Below, one piece after another: positions 9,571 to 17,589 of a stretch of 64,000 nucleotides of DNA (its first letter is position 1; each line of letters begins with the position of its first letter). Position numbers and translations under genes: made by a program. The notes under the pieces were generated by a model, which ran no database searches, was not told the origin of the DNA, and worked only from the letters and a program-made list of their open reading frames with translations. The stretch is from the NCBI GenBank assembly GCA_040755155.1, contig JBFMBP010000029.1, positions 8,066 through 72,065 on the forward strand, given 5' to 3'. Source of the stretch: Candidatus Omnitrophota bacterium (lineage in GTDB: Bacteria > Hinthialibacterota > Hinthialibacteria > Hinthialibacterales > Hinthialibacteraceae).

Positions 9571-10705
9571 TCAAGGGATCCTTCCACACTCCCGGAATAG
9601 GCGTTTTGCACTTTTTGCATTTCCCGTCTTCGAAGCCATCCAACATGATCTTGTATCCCAACCGGCGGATTACGACATTGTTGCATTTGGGGCAATAAGT
9701 ATTTTCCGCCGTATGGCCGGGCACGTTTCCGATGTAAACGTAATTCAATCCCGCCTGCTTAGCGATTTTGTGCAGGCGCTCCAGCGTCGGAATCGGCGTC
9801 GAGGGCAGGTTTTTGATTTTGTACATCGGATGAAAGCGGGTGAAATGAATCGGGACGTCCTTTCCCAAATGTTCGGAAATCCATTGAACCATTCCCTTGG
9901 TTTCATCGTCGCTATCATTGAGCGTGGGAATGATGAGCACCACCAATTCCAGCCATACGCCCATTTCATGGATTATTTCCAACGCCTTTAAAACCGGCTG
10001 CAATTCGCCGCTGCACGTCTGTTTGTAAAATTTTTCCGTATAAGCTTTGAAATCGATCTTCACCGCCGTCAGTTTCGGCAGCAACTCGCGCAATGGTTTT
10101 TCCTGAATGTAGCCGTTGGAGATCATAACGCTGCCTAAACTTTTTTTGCGGCCCTCGTCGGCGCAGTCGAGCATATATTCATAAAAGATGACGGGTTCGG
10201 AATAGGTATAGGCGATAGTCTGGCATTTCTTTTCGATCGCCAACTGCGCGATATCCGCAGGCGGGCAGTCGAACATGCGGATTTGTTCGGGGCGGAACTG
10301 GGAAATATCCCAGTTCTGGCAAAACTTGCATTCGATGTTGCATCCGGCGGTGGCGAGCGAAAAGGCGCCCGTGCCGGGCAAATAATGAAACAACGGCTTT
10401 TTTTCGATAGGATCGACGCCGAAGGAGCAGGGACGGCCATAAACCAAAGTTTTATAAGCGCCGCCGTGATTCTCGCGCACTCCGCAATAGCCGCGCTCCT
10501 TATCGGCGACGCGGCACTCCTTGGGACAAAGGAGGCAGCGGATCGTCAAGCCGTCGAGATGCTCGTAGTGCATCGCTTCACGATCGGATAACTCCTGCGT
10601 CGGCGTCAATTCCGTCGCGCCCCAAACGCCGCCGCCAAGGGAGAAAGCGCAAGCGGCGCAGGCGGAAGATTGAATAAATCGGCGTCTCGATAAATCCGCG
10701 TTCAT
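9551..10705 (-). CDS. amrS: AmmeMemoRadiSam-system radical SAM enzyme (PFL-activase-like) with N-terminal Tat signal
   Basis: CPKECRVADKERGYCGVR N-terminal Cys motif. Radical SAM CNIECKFCQNW (CxxxCxxC). HFTRFHPMYK motif. SRRRFIQ Tat motif followed by hydrophobic core and VWGA|TE cleavage-like site. AGAGG RBS. Confidence 0.8.
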   Translation of the reverse strand: MNADLSRRRFIQSSACAACAFSLGGGVWGATELTPTQELSDREAMHYEHLDGLTIRCLLCPKECRVADKERGYCGVRENHGGAYKTLVYGRPCSFGVDPIEKKPLFHYLPGTGAFSLATAGCNIECKFCQNWDISQFRPEQIRMFDCPPADIAQLAIEKKCQTIAYTYSEPVIFYEYMLDCADEGRKKSLGSVMISNGYIQEKPLRELLPKLTAVKIDFKAYTEKFYKQTCSGELQPVLKALEIIHEMGVWLELVVLIIPTLNDSDDETKGMVQWISEHLGKDVPIHFTRFHPMYKIKNLPSTPIPTLERLHKIAKQAGLNYVYIGNVPGHTAENTYCPKCNNVVIRRLGYKIMLDGFEDGKCKKCKTPIPGVWKDPLKDESRR

Positions 10706-10721
10706 GATAGAAACCTCTAAT

Positions 10722-10840
10722 TAACTCATGCTAAACAAATCCATTCCCTCGCCCTCTGGGAGAGGGTTAGGGTGAGGGTAATAAGTCTAGCCATATCAAC
10801 CCTCACCTAACCTCTCCCCGAGGGAGAGGAATTACAATAC
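10722..10840. repeat. Three-hairpin G/C-rich element (family B, copy 1) with CTCATG-type terminus. Contains the GGGAGAGGGTTAGGGTGAGGG G4-like run.
   Basis: Hairpins CCCTC..GAGGG, GGGTGAGGGT-loop(TAATAAGTCTAGCCATATCAA)-ACCCTCACC, CCTCTCCC-CGA-GGGAGAGG. Related copy at 21318-21412. Confidence 0.6.
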
Positions 10841-10841
10841 T

Positions 10842-11849
10842 TCATACGGCGGCTTCGACGATCTCGATATGCGCGGGATCGGCCCAGCCGAGTTTCTTTT
10901 CTTCCGCGAGTTGGATGTAGAGCGGTTCGCGCCCCGCTTCCTTCAATGGCGGCAGTTTCATTTCCGCCCGTTTTTTCTCCAGAATGCTCGCGGCCACGGC
11001 GTCGAGGGCGACCGGGTCGGCGGCGATCATCAATCCGTTGTAATCCCAAGCCGCCGAAGCTTTGTAGGCGGGGCCGCCGTCGCATTGCCCGCGAAAGGCG
11101 TCGCAGATCGTCAGGCGCAGTCTGTTGCGGATATAGGGATGAAGACAAACGTCGGGAACATAAGGATCTTTAGCCACGTCAAAATGGTATTTATTGGGAT
11201 TATGAATCGCTCCAAAGAAATTCTTCATCGCGACGGAAACGCCGCAGAGATCGTGATCCTTTAAAATTCCTATGTTAATCAAAGCGGTGCAGCCTTGAGA
11301 AACAATGCGGGAAAAACAAGAGCCGATGCTGCCGCTGGTTTCCGGCTCCGCCTCGTAACCAACGCCCGGGCTGTCGGTGGCGATGACGGCGGCGCGGCCT
11401 TTTGCGCTCTCTTTGGTGAAGACCGCGCGTTCCAATTCCCGTACGCTGCGGTCCCAGATAAAAATGCGTTGTGGTAATACTCCAACGTCCGCCAATTTCT
11501 CCGCGACGGCGTAAACCAACTCCGGATGGGGCGACAGGCTGCGTCCGCCAAGCGTATTGACTTTGATGGCGACTGTATCTTTAGAAGAAAACAGCGTTCG
11601 CCAAAGCGCATCCGCCTCTTTGCCGCCAGTGAAGGCGAGGGCGGCGGCGTCCAGCATTTTACGCGTCAGCGTTTCATCGAGCGTATTCGAAGGCGACAGC
11701 ATTCCCTCCCGCCGGGCGATGACGACGCGGCTTTTGCCCATTAATCCTGGCGTGGAAGCAGTGGCGCGGCTGGCGATCCAAAGAGCGGGAGCGGCTAATA
11801 TTCCGCTTCCTATTCTATTTATAAACGATCTGCGATTAACAATTGGCAT
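10842..11849 (-). CDS. DUF362 domain protein with Tat signal peptide
   Basis: NRRSFINRIG Tat motif plus hydrophobic stretch plus ATA|ST. DUF362-like central region. Paralog at 28716-29684. Confidence 0.6.
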   Translation of the reverse strand: MPIVNRRSFINRIGSGILAAPALWIASRATASTPGLMGKSRVVIARREGMLSPSNTLDETLTRKMLDAAALAFTGGKEADALWRTLFSSKDTVAIKVNTLGGRSLSPHPELVYAVAEKLADVGVLPQRIFIWDRSVRELERAVFTKESAKGRAAVIATDSPGVGYEAEPETSGSIGSCFSRIVSQGCTALINIGILKDHDLCGVSVAMKNFFGAIHNPNKYHFDVAKDPYVPDVCLHPYIRNRLRLTICDAFRGQCDGGPAYKASAAWDYNGLMIAADPVALDAVAASILEKKRAEMKLPPLKEAGREPLYIQLAEEKKLGWADPAHIEIVEAAV

Positions 11850-11870
11850 AAATGGATTCCTTTTTAATAG

Positions 11871-12183
11871 CTCATGTTACGCAGCCTGTGGGTGCAAACG
11901 TCCCGCCTGCACGTTGGAGAAACTATCCAAGAGCGGCGATTGGGCTTTTGATCTGATGCATTTTTGAATTACGAAAACACGAAATAACTCAAATTCCACG
12001 AAATATTCGAATCGCGGATATCGCGGATTCTTTTGAATTTCAAGGAAAAATCTTTCATACTTCGCAATTCCTTGCGCCAACCATTTTTTTCTTTTTTTCG
12101 TGTTTTTCTTTTCCTTTCGTGTTTTCGTGATTCAAACGACGAGAGTAAGAGATTCCTTTAATTACTCATCGCGCGTAACATGA
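11871..12183. mobile_element. MITE-like non-autonomous element (family A, copy 1, reverse orientation), 313 bp
   Basis: Perfect TIRs CTCATGTTACGC / GCGTAACATGAG. Flanked on both sides by TAATAG. Shares internal motifs with five other loci. Confidence 0.7.
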
Positions 12184-12192
12184 GTAATAGTT

Positions 12193-12420
12193 TCATCTCA
12201 TATACTCGTCGAAATTGCTTATAGGCGCATCGAAATCATCAGAAATATCAATCAATCCTTTCGCGCTTCCATACTTTGGCGCTCTATGAGAAATTGTTAA
12301 TGGAACTAATTGGATCATTTGCGAATCGTTCTTTTTGATAACCACCTGCTCGCCTTTCATGGCGGCGTCAAATAAATCGGAAAACTGGGTTTTTGCTTCA
12401 TCCAAACCGATTTGAACCAT
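12193..12420 (-). CDS. Phd/YefM-type type II antitoxin (orphan; no toxin ORF adjacent)
   Basis: N-terminal IGLDEAKTQFSDL...GEQVVIKKND..MIQLVPL and C-terminal GSAKGLIDISDDFDAPISNFDEY pattern. GAAGGGA RBS. A longer upstream start would overlap the neighbouring gene. Confidence 0.5.
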   Translation of the reverse strand: MVQIGLDEAKTQFSDLFDAAMKGEQVVIKKNDSQMIQLVPLTISHRAPKYGSAKGLIDISDDFDAPISNFDEYMR

Positions 12421-12457
12421 TTTTTTATTCCCTTCGTAGAATACGATTTCATAATCG

Positions 12458-13954
12458 TCACTGCTTCTTAAACGTCTCTCCAAAAACCTGCGCCGTGAAG
12501 GTTTGGAAGGAGCAGCCGGATTTCCAATCGTCTTCCTGCAAGCCCGCTTTCAAACACAAATGCTTGAGGGCGTCTTCCACCGTCCAGCCTTGCTCCAAGG
12601 CCACTTGCGGCAGAAACAGCGCCGAGCGGCCTTTTTTTTCAAGAATGAAGCCGTCGCGGCCCAGGACGATATCCTTCCAAGAATCCACCGGCTGGCGCGG
12701 CGACATGACGGAAATTTCGATATCGACGTCCTTCAACTCCTCCTTCTGCAATTGGTTGAAGCGAGTATCCCGAAACGCTGACAGCAAAACGGTTTTCGCC
12801 GCTGTTTGGCATAACGGATCGGAACCCTGCAAGTCGCCGATGCAGCCCCGCAGTTCCCCTTTTTTATTGAGAGTGACGAAGACGCCCTTCTTCTCTTTTA
12901 AACGTTCCGTAACCAGATTCGGTTCCGGCTGGTATTCCTTCGCTTTGCCTTCCGCAAAGTTCTGTTCCAACGTCTTGCGCGCTATCTCCAGCATAAGAGC
13001 GGTCTCTTTCTCGTCGAGGTAATCCTTGCGCTCGCGGAAAACCAAGGAAGAATAACTCACGGATTCGTCGTAACTTTTCGTTTTATCTCCCGAAGTGGCG
13101 TAGCGGACGAATTCCACTTGCGTCTGCTGCGGCAGAGCCGCCAGGCCGATGCAGATGGGATTATGCCCGCAAATGGTGGCTTGCGTTCTTTCGATGAAAT
13201 CGGCGAAACCATTCGCGTCCAGATTGAGAATAGGATTGACGGCGGCGAAATCCAAACGCTGTACGTTCGCCCTGATGTTGTCTTTGAAGGGAATATACCC
13301 AAAGCGCGGCCCTTGGTGTGTAAAATCGGAACTCATAACCAACAGCGTCTTTTCATCCAACAAAGGTTGGATAGCCTTAGCCATTTCATAGCCGTCGCTG
13401 GAAGAAATATCCCCTACGACGATGGGAACGATCGTGAATTCCTTGAGCGTGCGTTGGAGGAACGGCAGTTGTATCTCCAGACTATGCTCCTGGGCGTCGG
13501 CTTCGGGCAAGGATTGAAAAAGGCTGGAAGAACGCAGACTCTTGCACGCCTCTTTATCCAAATTCACTAGCCCCAGCGGCGTTTCGTAGGCGTCGGCGTC
13601 AGCGATGGAGCCGCCTCGAAAAGCGGCGCGGTGGGAAGGGCCAAGAATCACTACCCGCCGGATAGGCGCGCCTGTCAGAACCTTATAGGCGTAGGCGGCG
13701 GTTTCGCCGGAATATTCGTATCCGGCATGGGGAACAACCAACGCCCGCACGCGGTTGGGATTGGGCGCCGTTTGCGGAACCTGCTTCAGGAAGCCGTCGA
13801 CCTGCTGCGTCAACTTGGCTTGAGTTCCCTCATACCACGTTCCCGCCAAGATGGACTTGCGCACGTTAGCGCCGGAGGAATCGCCGCAGGCGATAATAAC
13901 CTGTAACGCCAGCGTCAGAAAAGAAATCCCAAAAAATCGATGGATCTTGTTCAT
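12458..13954 (-). CDS. amrBA: Fused AmmeMemoRadiSam-system protein B (Memo-like) + protein A (AMMECR1 domain), with lipoprotein-type signal peptide
   Basis: Memo hallmark VVPHAGYEYSG in the N-terminal half. AMMECR1 hallmark GELRGCIG in the C-terminal half. Chosen start MNKIHRFFGISFLTLALQVIIAC|G (lipobox) with GAGGAAG RBS. The track ORF extends to 14095 using earlier Mets. Confidence 0.75.
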   Translation of the reverse strand: MNKIHRFFGISFLTLALQVIIACGDSSGANVRKSILAGTWYEGTQAKLTQQVDGFLKQVPQTAPNPNRVRALVVPHAGYEYSGETAAYAYKVLTGAPIRRVVILGPSHRAAFRGGSIADADAYETPLGLVNLDKEACKSLRSSSLFQSLPEADAQEHSLEIQLPFLQRTLKEFTIVPIVVGDISSSDGYEMAKAIQPLLDEKTLLVMSSDFTHQGPRFGYIPFKDNIRANVQRLDFAAVNPILNLDANGFADFIERTQATICGHNPICIGLAALPQQTQVEFVRYATSGDKTKSYDESVSYSSLVFRERKDYLDEKETALMLEIARKTLEQNFAEGKAKEYQPEPNLVTERLKEKKGVFVTLNKKGELRGCIGDLQGSDPLCQTAAKTVLLSAFRDTRFNQLQKEELKDVDIEISVMSPRQPVDSWKDIVLGRDGFILEKKGRSALFLPQVALEQGWTVEDALKHLCLKAGLQEDDWKSGCSFQTFTAQVFGETFKKQ

Positions 13955-14080
13955 AATTTCTTCCTCGCGCAATGGATAACAATAGATTCCCTTCATTAAT
14001 TTATAGTATAGTGGATTATGTGATTTCGCGTATATTGCAGCGCGCCATTTTTCAAAATAGACGTACGAATCGGAATGGCG

Positions 14081-14112
14081 GGGTGGCAAGGGCAAGGTTG
14101 TTTCTGCCCTTT
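14081..14112. repeat. Hairpin repeat C (GGGTGGCAAGGGCAAGGTTGTTTCTGCCCTT), copy 1
   Basis: Stem CAAGGGCA/TGCCCTTG. Copies at 45368, 56816 and a split copy at 24445/25147. Confidence 0.6.
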
Positions 14113-14168
14113 AGAATTCCCCGTGATTCGGAAATTGACTTAATACAAACCAGAGGAGATATAAACAC

Positions 14169-15356
14169 ATGCGCTTTCCAATACAATTTCTTTCCATCCT
14201 TCTGTTAATCGCAGTCCTTTCCCTGCCCTGCTCCGCTAGCGATGAAAACGCTTACGCCGCCTGGAAGAACGGTCCAAGGAAAGATGCGGGATATTTCCCT
14301 ATAGCCGTTTGGCTGCAAAGCCCGAAAAACGCCGCCAAGTATAAAGAAGCGGGATTCAACCTTTATGTGGGACTGTGGAGAGGCCCGACAGAAGAGCAAT
14401 TGGCGGAACTTACGCAAGCGGGAATGCCGGTAATTTGCGATCAAAACCAAGTTGGATTGAAACATATCGACGATCCCATCATCGTCGCCTGGATGCACGG
14501 CGACGAGCCGGACAACGCTCAACCCATAACCGATCCCCAGACGGGAAAACCATCTTACGGCCCCTGCATCCCGCCGGAAAAAATCGTGAAGGATTACGAA
14601 GCCATTCGCAAAGCCGATCCCTCGCGCCCGGTGATGCTCAACCTGGGACAGGGCGTCGCCAATGATAATTGGATCGGGCGCGGCAGCGGCGCCCATATCG
14701 ACGATTACCTGACCTACGTCAAAGGCTGCGACGTAGTTTCCTTCGATATTTATCCTATGGCGGGATTGAAGGACGGGATTAACAATCTATGGTATGTCGC
14801 CAAGGGCGTGGATCGGTTGATCCAATGGAGCGAGGGCAAGAAAATCGTCTGGAACTGCCTCGAATGCACCTGCATCGGAAACGAATATTCCAAAGCCAAT
14901 CCACAACAGTTGCGCTCGGAAGCCTGGATGTCCATCATTCACGGTTCGATGGGACTTATCTATTTCGTGCATCAATTCAAGCCCGCGTTTAATGAATCCG
15001 CCTTGCTCGACGATCCCGAAATGTTGGCGGCAGCCTCGGCGCTGAATAAGCAAATTCAATCGCTAGCGCCAGTTCTCAACTCCCCCACACTCAAAGACGC
15101 TGTTACGGTGAAATCCTCGGACGCCAACGTTCCCATCGACATCATGGCGAAGCGGCATGAGAAAAATCTCTACCTTTTCGCCGTAGGAATGCGTAACGCT
15201 CCCGCCAAGGCCGAATTTCAATTATCCAACGATTTTGCGGGAGCCAAGGCAGAGGCAATTGGCGAAAATCGGGACGCCGTCGTCATAACCGGCAACCATT
15301 TCGAGGATTCTTTCGAGCCTTATGGCGTTCATATCTACCGCATCGCCTTACCGTGA
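14169..15356 (+). CDS. Secreted TIM-barrel glycoside-hydrolase-like protein (family unassigned)
   Basis: Clear signal peptide (LLIAVLSLPCSA|SDE). Length and composition of a GH-like catalytic domain. No family-specific motif recognised by eye. Confidence 0.4.
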   Translation: MRFPIQFLSILLLIAVLSLPCSASDENAYAAWKNGPRKDAGYFPIAVWLQSPKNAAKYKEAGFNLYVGLWRGPTEEQLAELTQAGMPVICDQNQVGLKHIDDPIIVAWMHGDEPDNAQPITDPQTGKPSYGPCIPPEKIVKDYEAIRKADPSRPVMLNLGQGVANDNWIGRGSGAHIDDYLTYVKGCDVVSFDIYPMAGLKDGINNLWYVAKGVDRLIQWSEGKKIVWNCLECTCIGNEYSKANPQQLRSEAWMSIIHGSMGLIYFVHQFKPAFNESALLDDPEMLAAASALNKQIQSLAPVLNSPTLKDAVTVKSSDANVPIDIMAKRHEKNLYLFAVGMRNAPAKAEFQLSNDFAGAKAEAIGENRDAVVITGNHFEDSFEPYGVHIYRIALP

Positions 15357-15389
15357 TCCTATAGGCTGTCCATTTTTGATAATTCAAGC

Positions 15390-15437
15390 GAAAAAACCGT
15401 CTCAATTTTGCGTAAAAAAAAGGAGGCGGTTTTTTCT
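15390..15437 (+). terminator. Bidirectional rho-independent terminator hairpin
   Basis: AAAAAACCGTCTC ... GAGGCGGTTTTTTC stem with flanking A- and T-runs after the GH-like CDS. Confidence 0.5.
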
Positions 15438-15612
15438 ATTATTATTTAATACATTGATTACAATATAGATAAATCATATGCCTTAACATGCGATCTATTG
15501 GTATGATATATGCGGTAACAAAAACTAAATCCCAAAAAGAAATACATTCTCTTATCCAATGGAGAACGATAAAGAGTAATTTCAAAATGGCATAGAACCA
15601 CTCGCCGAGGAG

Positions 15613-16092
15613 GTGAGCAATATGTCCGGTATAGAGGAGGTTACGAATCCTTTGTGCATCTTGGCAACGGGTTTGAGCAACGCGGAAATCAATCAAGTAG
15701 AGAATTTTTGCGCAAATAATAATGGAAAGCTGGTCTTTGCCGATTCCAGCCCGGATTTATGGAGCCGCGCCGAAGCGGAAGCCTGCGATCTTTGCCTCAT
15801 CGGCCAAAGCAGCATACATCAATCCCTCAGCGATATCCTCTGGCTATTGAAAGGCATGACCAAACCGGAACGGTTGATTCTTATCGCCTCCAACCTTTCT
15901 CTGCGCGAGAGAAAACAACTGCGCCGCTATAAAATCCATCACATCTTAATCCGCCCCTTTCCTACCGCCCTGATTATCGAAACCATGGAAAAAGTATTGC
16001 ATGGCGAAAGTTCATGGAAAGAACGAATCGCTTCCTATATCGCCGACTCGCTTTTTCATCCTTTTTCGGGCGAAGCGGCAAAACGCGGATAA
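15613..16092 (+). CDS. Hypothetical protein with degenerate receiver-like (CheY-like) region
   Basis: ORF with GGAGG RBS. Weak resemblance to a receiver fold but lacks a clear acidic pocket. Confidence 0.35.
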   Translation: MSNMSGIEEVTNPLCILATGLSNAEINQVENFCANNNGKLVFADSSPDLWSRAEAEACDLCLIGQSSIHQSLSDILWLLKGMTKPERLILIASNLSLRERKQLRRYKIHHILIRPFPTALIIETMEKVLHGESSWKERIASYIADSLFHPFSGEAAKRG

Positions 16093-16101
16093 TCCGTGCG
16101 G

Positions 16102-16365
16102 CTATTCTTCCTCCGGCGGGGGAATTATATTTTCCGGCAAGGGAATATTGCACACGATTTCTTTGGCTCTCGCCAAGTCGCCATCGAACACGAGAATCAT
16201 GGAATGCCCATGCTGTTTTTCAAATAAGCCGTCATAAGCCGAGTCGAAAAAACTGCGAACTACGCACTCTATGTTTTCGTCTTTGAGAGCGCCTATCAAT
16301 TGCATCTCATGCACTGCATTTTCCGTTACGCATAAGGGAACAAGTTTTTCATTCGTTGCATCCAC
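16102..16365 (-). CDS. Small DUF2007-like protein (putative signal-transducing, PII-like)
   Basis: 87 aa. Pattern of alternating hydrophobics plus acidic C-terminus resembling DUF2007. Confidence 0.35.
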   Translation of the reverse strand: MDATNEKLVPLCVTENAVHEMQLIGALKDENIECVVRSFFDSAYDGLFEKQHGHSMILVFDGDLARAKEIVCNIPLPENIIPPPEEE

Positions 16366-16425
16366 GGATTATTTCTCCATCTATAAAAAATAATAGTAAA
16401 TTCTATTTTATCCGGACGTATCTTT

Positions 16426-17172
16426 GTCATTTCGAGCGATAGCGAGAAATCCTTCCACACGCGGGTTGAAGATTTCTCGGTCGCTGCGCTCCCTCGAAAT
16501 GACAAGCAGCGATGCCGGACGCATGGGGAAAAAACCGTTAATCATAGTCTTTCCCCTGCTGCAACTCTGTCATTTCGAGCGAAGCGAGAAATCCTTCCAC
16601 ACGCGGGTTGAAGATTTCTCGGTCGCTGCGCTCCCTCGAAATGACATGCCGCGATCCGGGGCGCGGGGGGAAGAAAACGTTAATCATAGTCTTTCCCCTG
16701 CTGCGACTCTGTCATTTCGAGCGATAACGAGAAATCTTCTTTCTGTTCCCATTCCAAAGTCAAGTCTTTCCAAGTAGGATTCATTGAGACAACCAAATTA
16801 TTCTTCTTTTCTCGCCGCCACTTTTTGATTTCCTTCTCTCTGGTTATGGCCGCATGGACGTCTATCCCGTGTTCGAAATAGACCAATTTGTTAACGTTGT
16901 ATTTCTTGGTGAAACCATCCACCAGTTTGTTTTTATGCTCATATACCCTTCGCTCAAGGTTATTGGTCATGCCAATATACATAACCCTGTTGTTCCAGTT
17001 GGTGAGGATGTAAACGTAGAAGTTGTAGTCTTTCATCGGATTTCTCTTCGTTTCTTTGTCATTTCGAGCTTACCTTGTCATTTCGAGCTTACCTTGTCAT
17101 TTCGAGCGAAGCGAGAAATCTTTCCACACGCGGGTTGAAGATTTCTCGGTCGCTGCGCTCCCTCGAAATGAC
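16426..17172. mobile_element. Palindromic-repeat cluster carrying a mini GIY-YIG gene: four full copies of an about 78-bp palindrome plus half copies
   Basis: Palindrome unit GTCATTTCGAGCGAAGCGAGAAATCC..GGATTTCTCGGTCGCTGCGCTCCCTCGAAATGAC. Full copies at 16426-16503, 16569-16645 and 17096-17171. Half copies at 16711-16739, 17058-17073 and 17077-17092. These flank CDS 16680-17036. Confidence 0.7.
16680..17036 (-). CDS. Small GIY-YIG nuclease-family protein
   Basis: YVYILTN...YIGMTNNLERRVYEHK GIY-YIG core. C-terminus runs into a palindrome half-copy. Confidence 0.8.
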   Translation of the reverse strand: MKDYNFYVYILTNWNNRVMYIGMTNNLERRVYEHKNKLVDGFTKKYNVNKLVYFEHGIDVHAAITREKEIKKWRREKKNNLVVSMNPTWKDLTLEWEQKEDFSLSLEMTESQQGKDYD

Positions 17173-17179
17173 ATGCCGC

Positions 17180-17362
17180 GAAGGTCAGGAAGTTTCCGGC
17201 GCCGCAAGCCGGTTCCAAAAAACGGGACTCGATGCGCTCCGTTTCCTGTTTCACAAGATCAAGCATGTCGTTAACCTCGCGTTTGCCGGTCAACGCCCCG
17301 CCATGATCCGCAATCCGTTTTTTCGATATGACTTGCGATTCCTTTGCTTGCATGTCTGTCAT
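17180..17362 (-). pseudogene. N-terminal fragment of an N6-adenine DNA methyltransferase (motif I LEPACGAGNFL), truncated by the palindrome/GIY-YIG cluster
   Basis: Translation ...NDMLDLV...RFLEPACGAGNFLTF then reads directly into palindrome copy 17096-17171. No downstream remainder of the methyltransferase is present. Confidence 0.5.
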
Positions 17363-17589
17363 TTCAAAGGGCTATCTCATTTTTATCCGGCAACCTCAAG
17401 AGAAAAAACGGCCTTGCCCTTGTCAGCCAATATTGTTATCTCATTCTTGTCGAGCGCTATTCTAACCGGCTCTTCCCGCTCGCGCCATACCGGCAATAGA
17501 AAGCGAATCGATTTCCTCAACGCCGCCGCGCCTTGCCAAGGCGGATCGCTTGACTCTATGATGAGTGAAATTCACCAGGAGGAAGCCCA

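Noticed and set aside
12393-13022. 209-aa plus-strand ORF
   Set aside because: Antisense to the Memo-AMMECR1 fusion gene. No motifs, no RBS.
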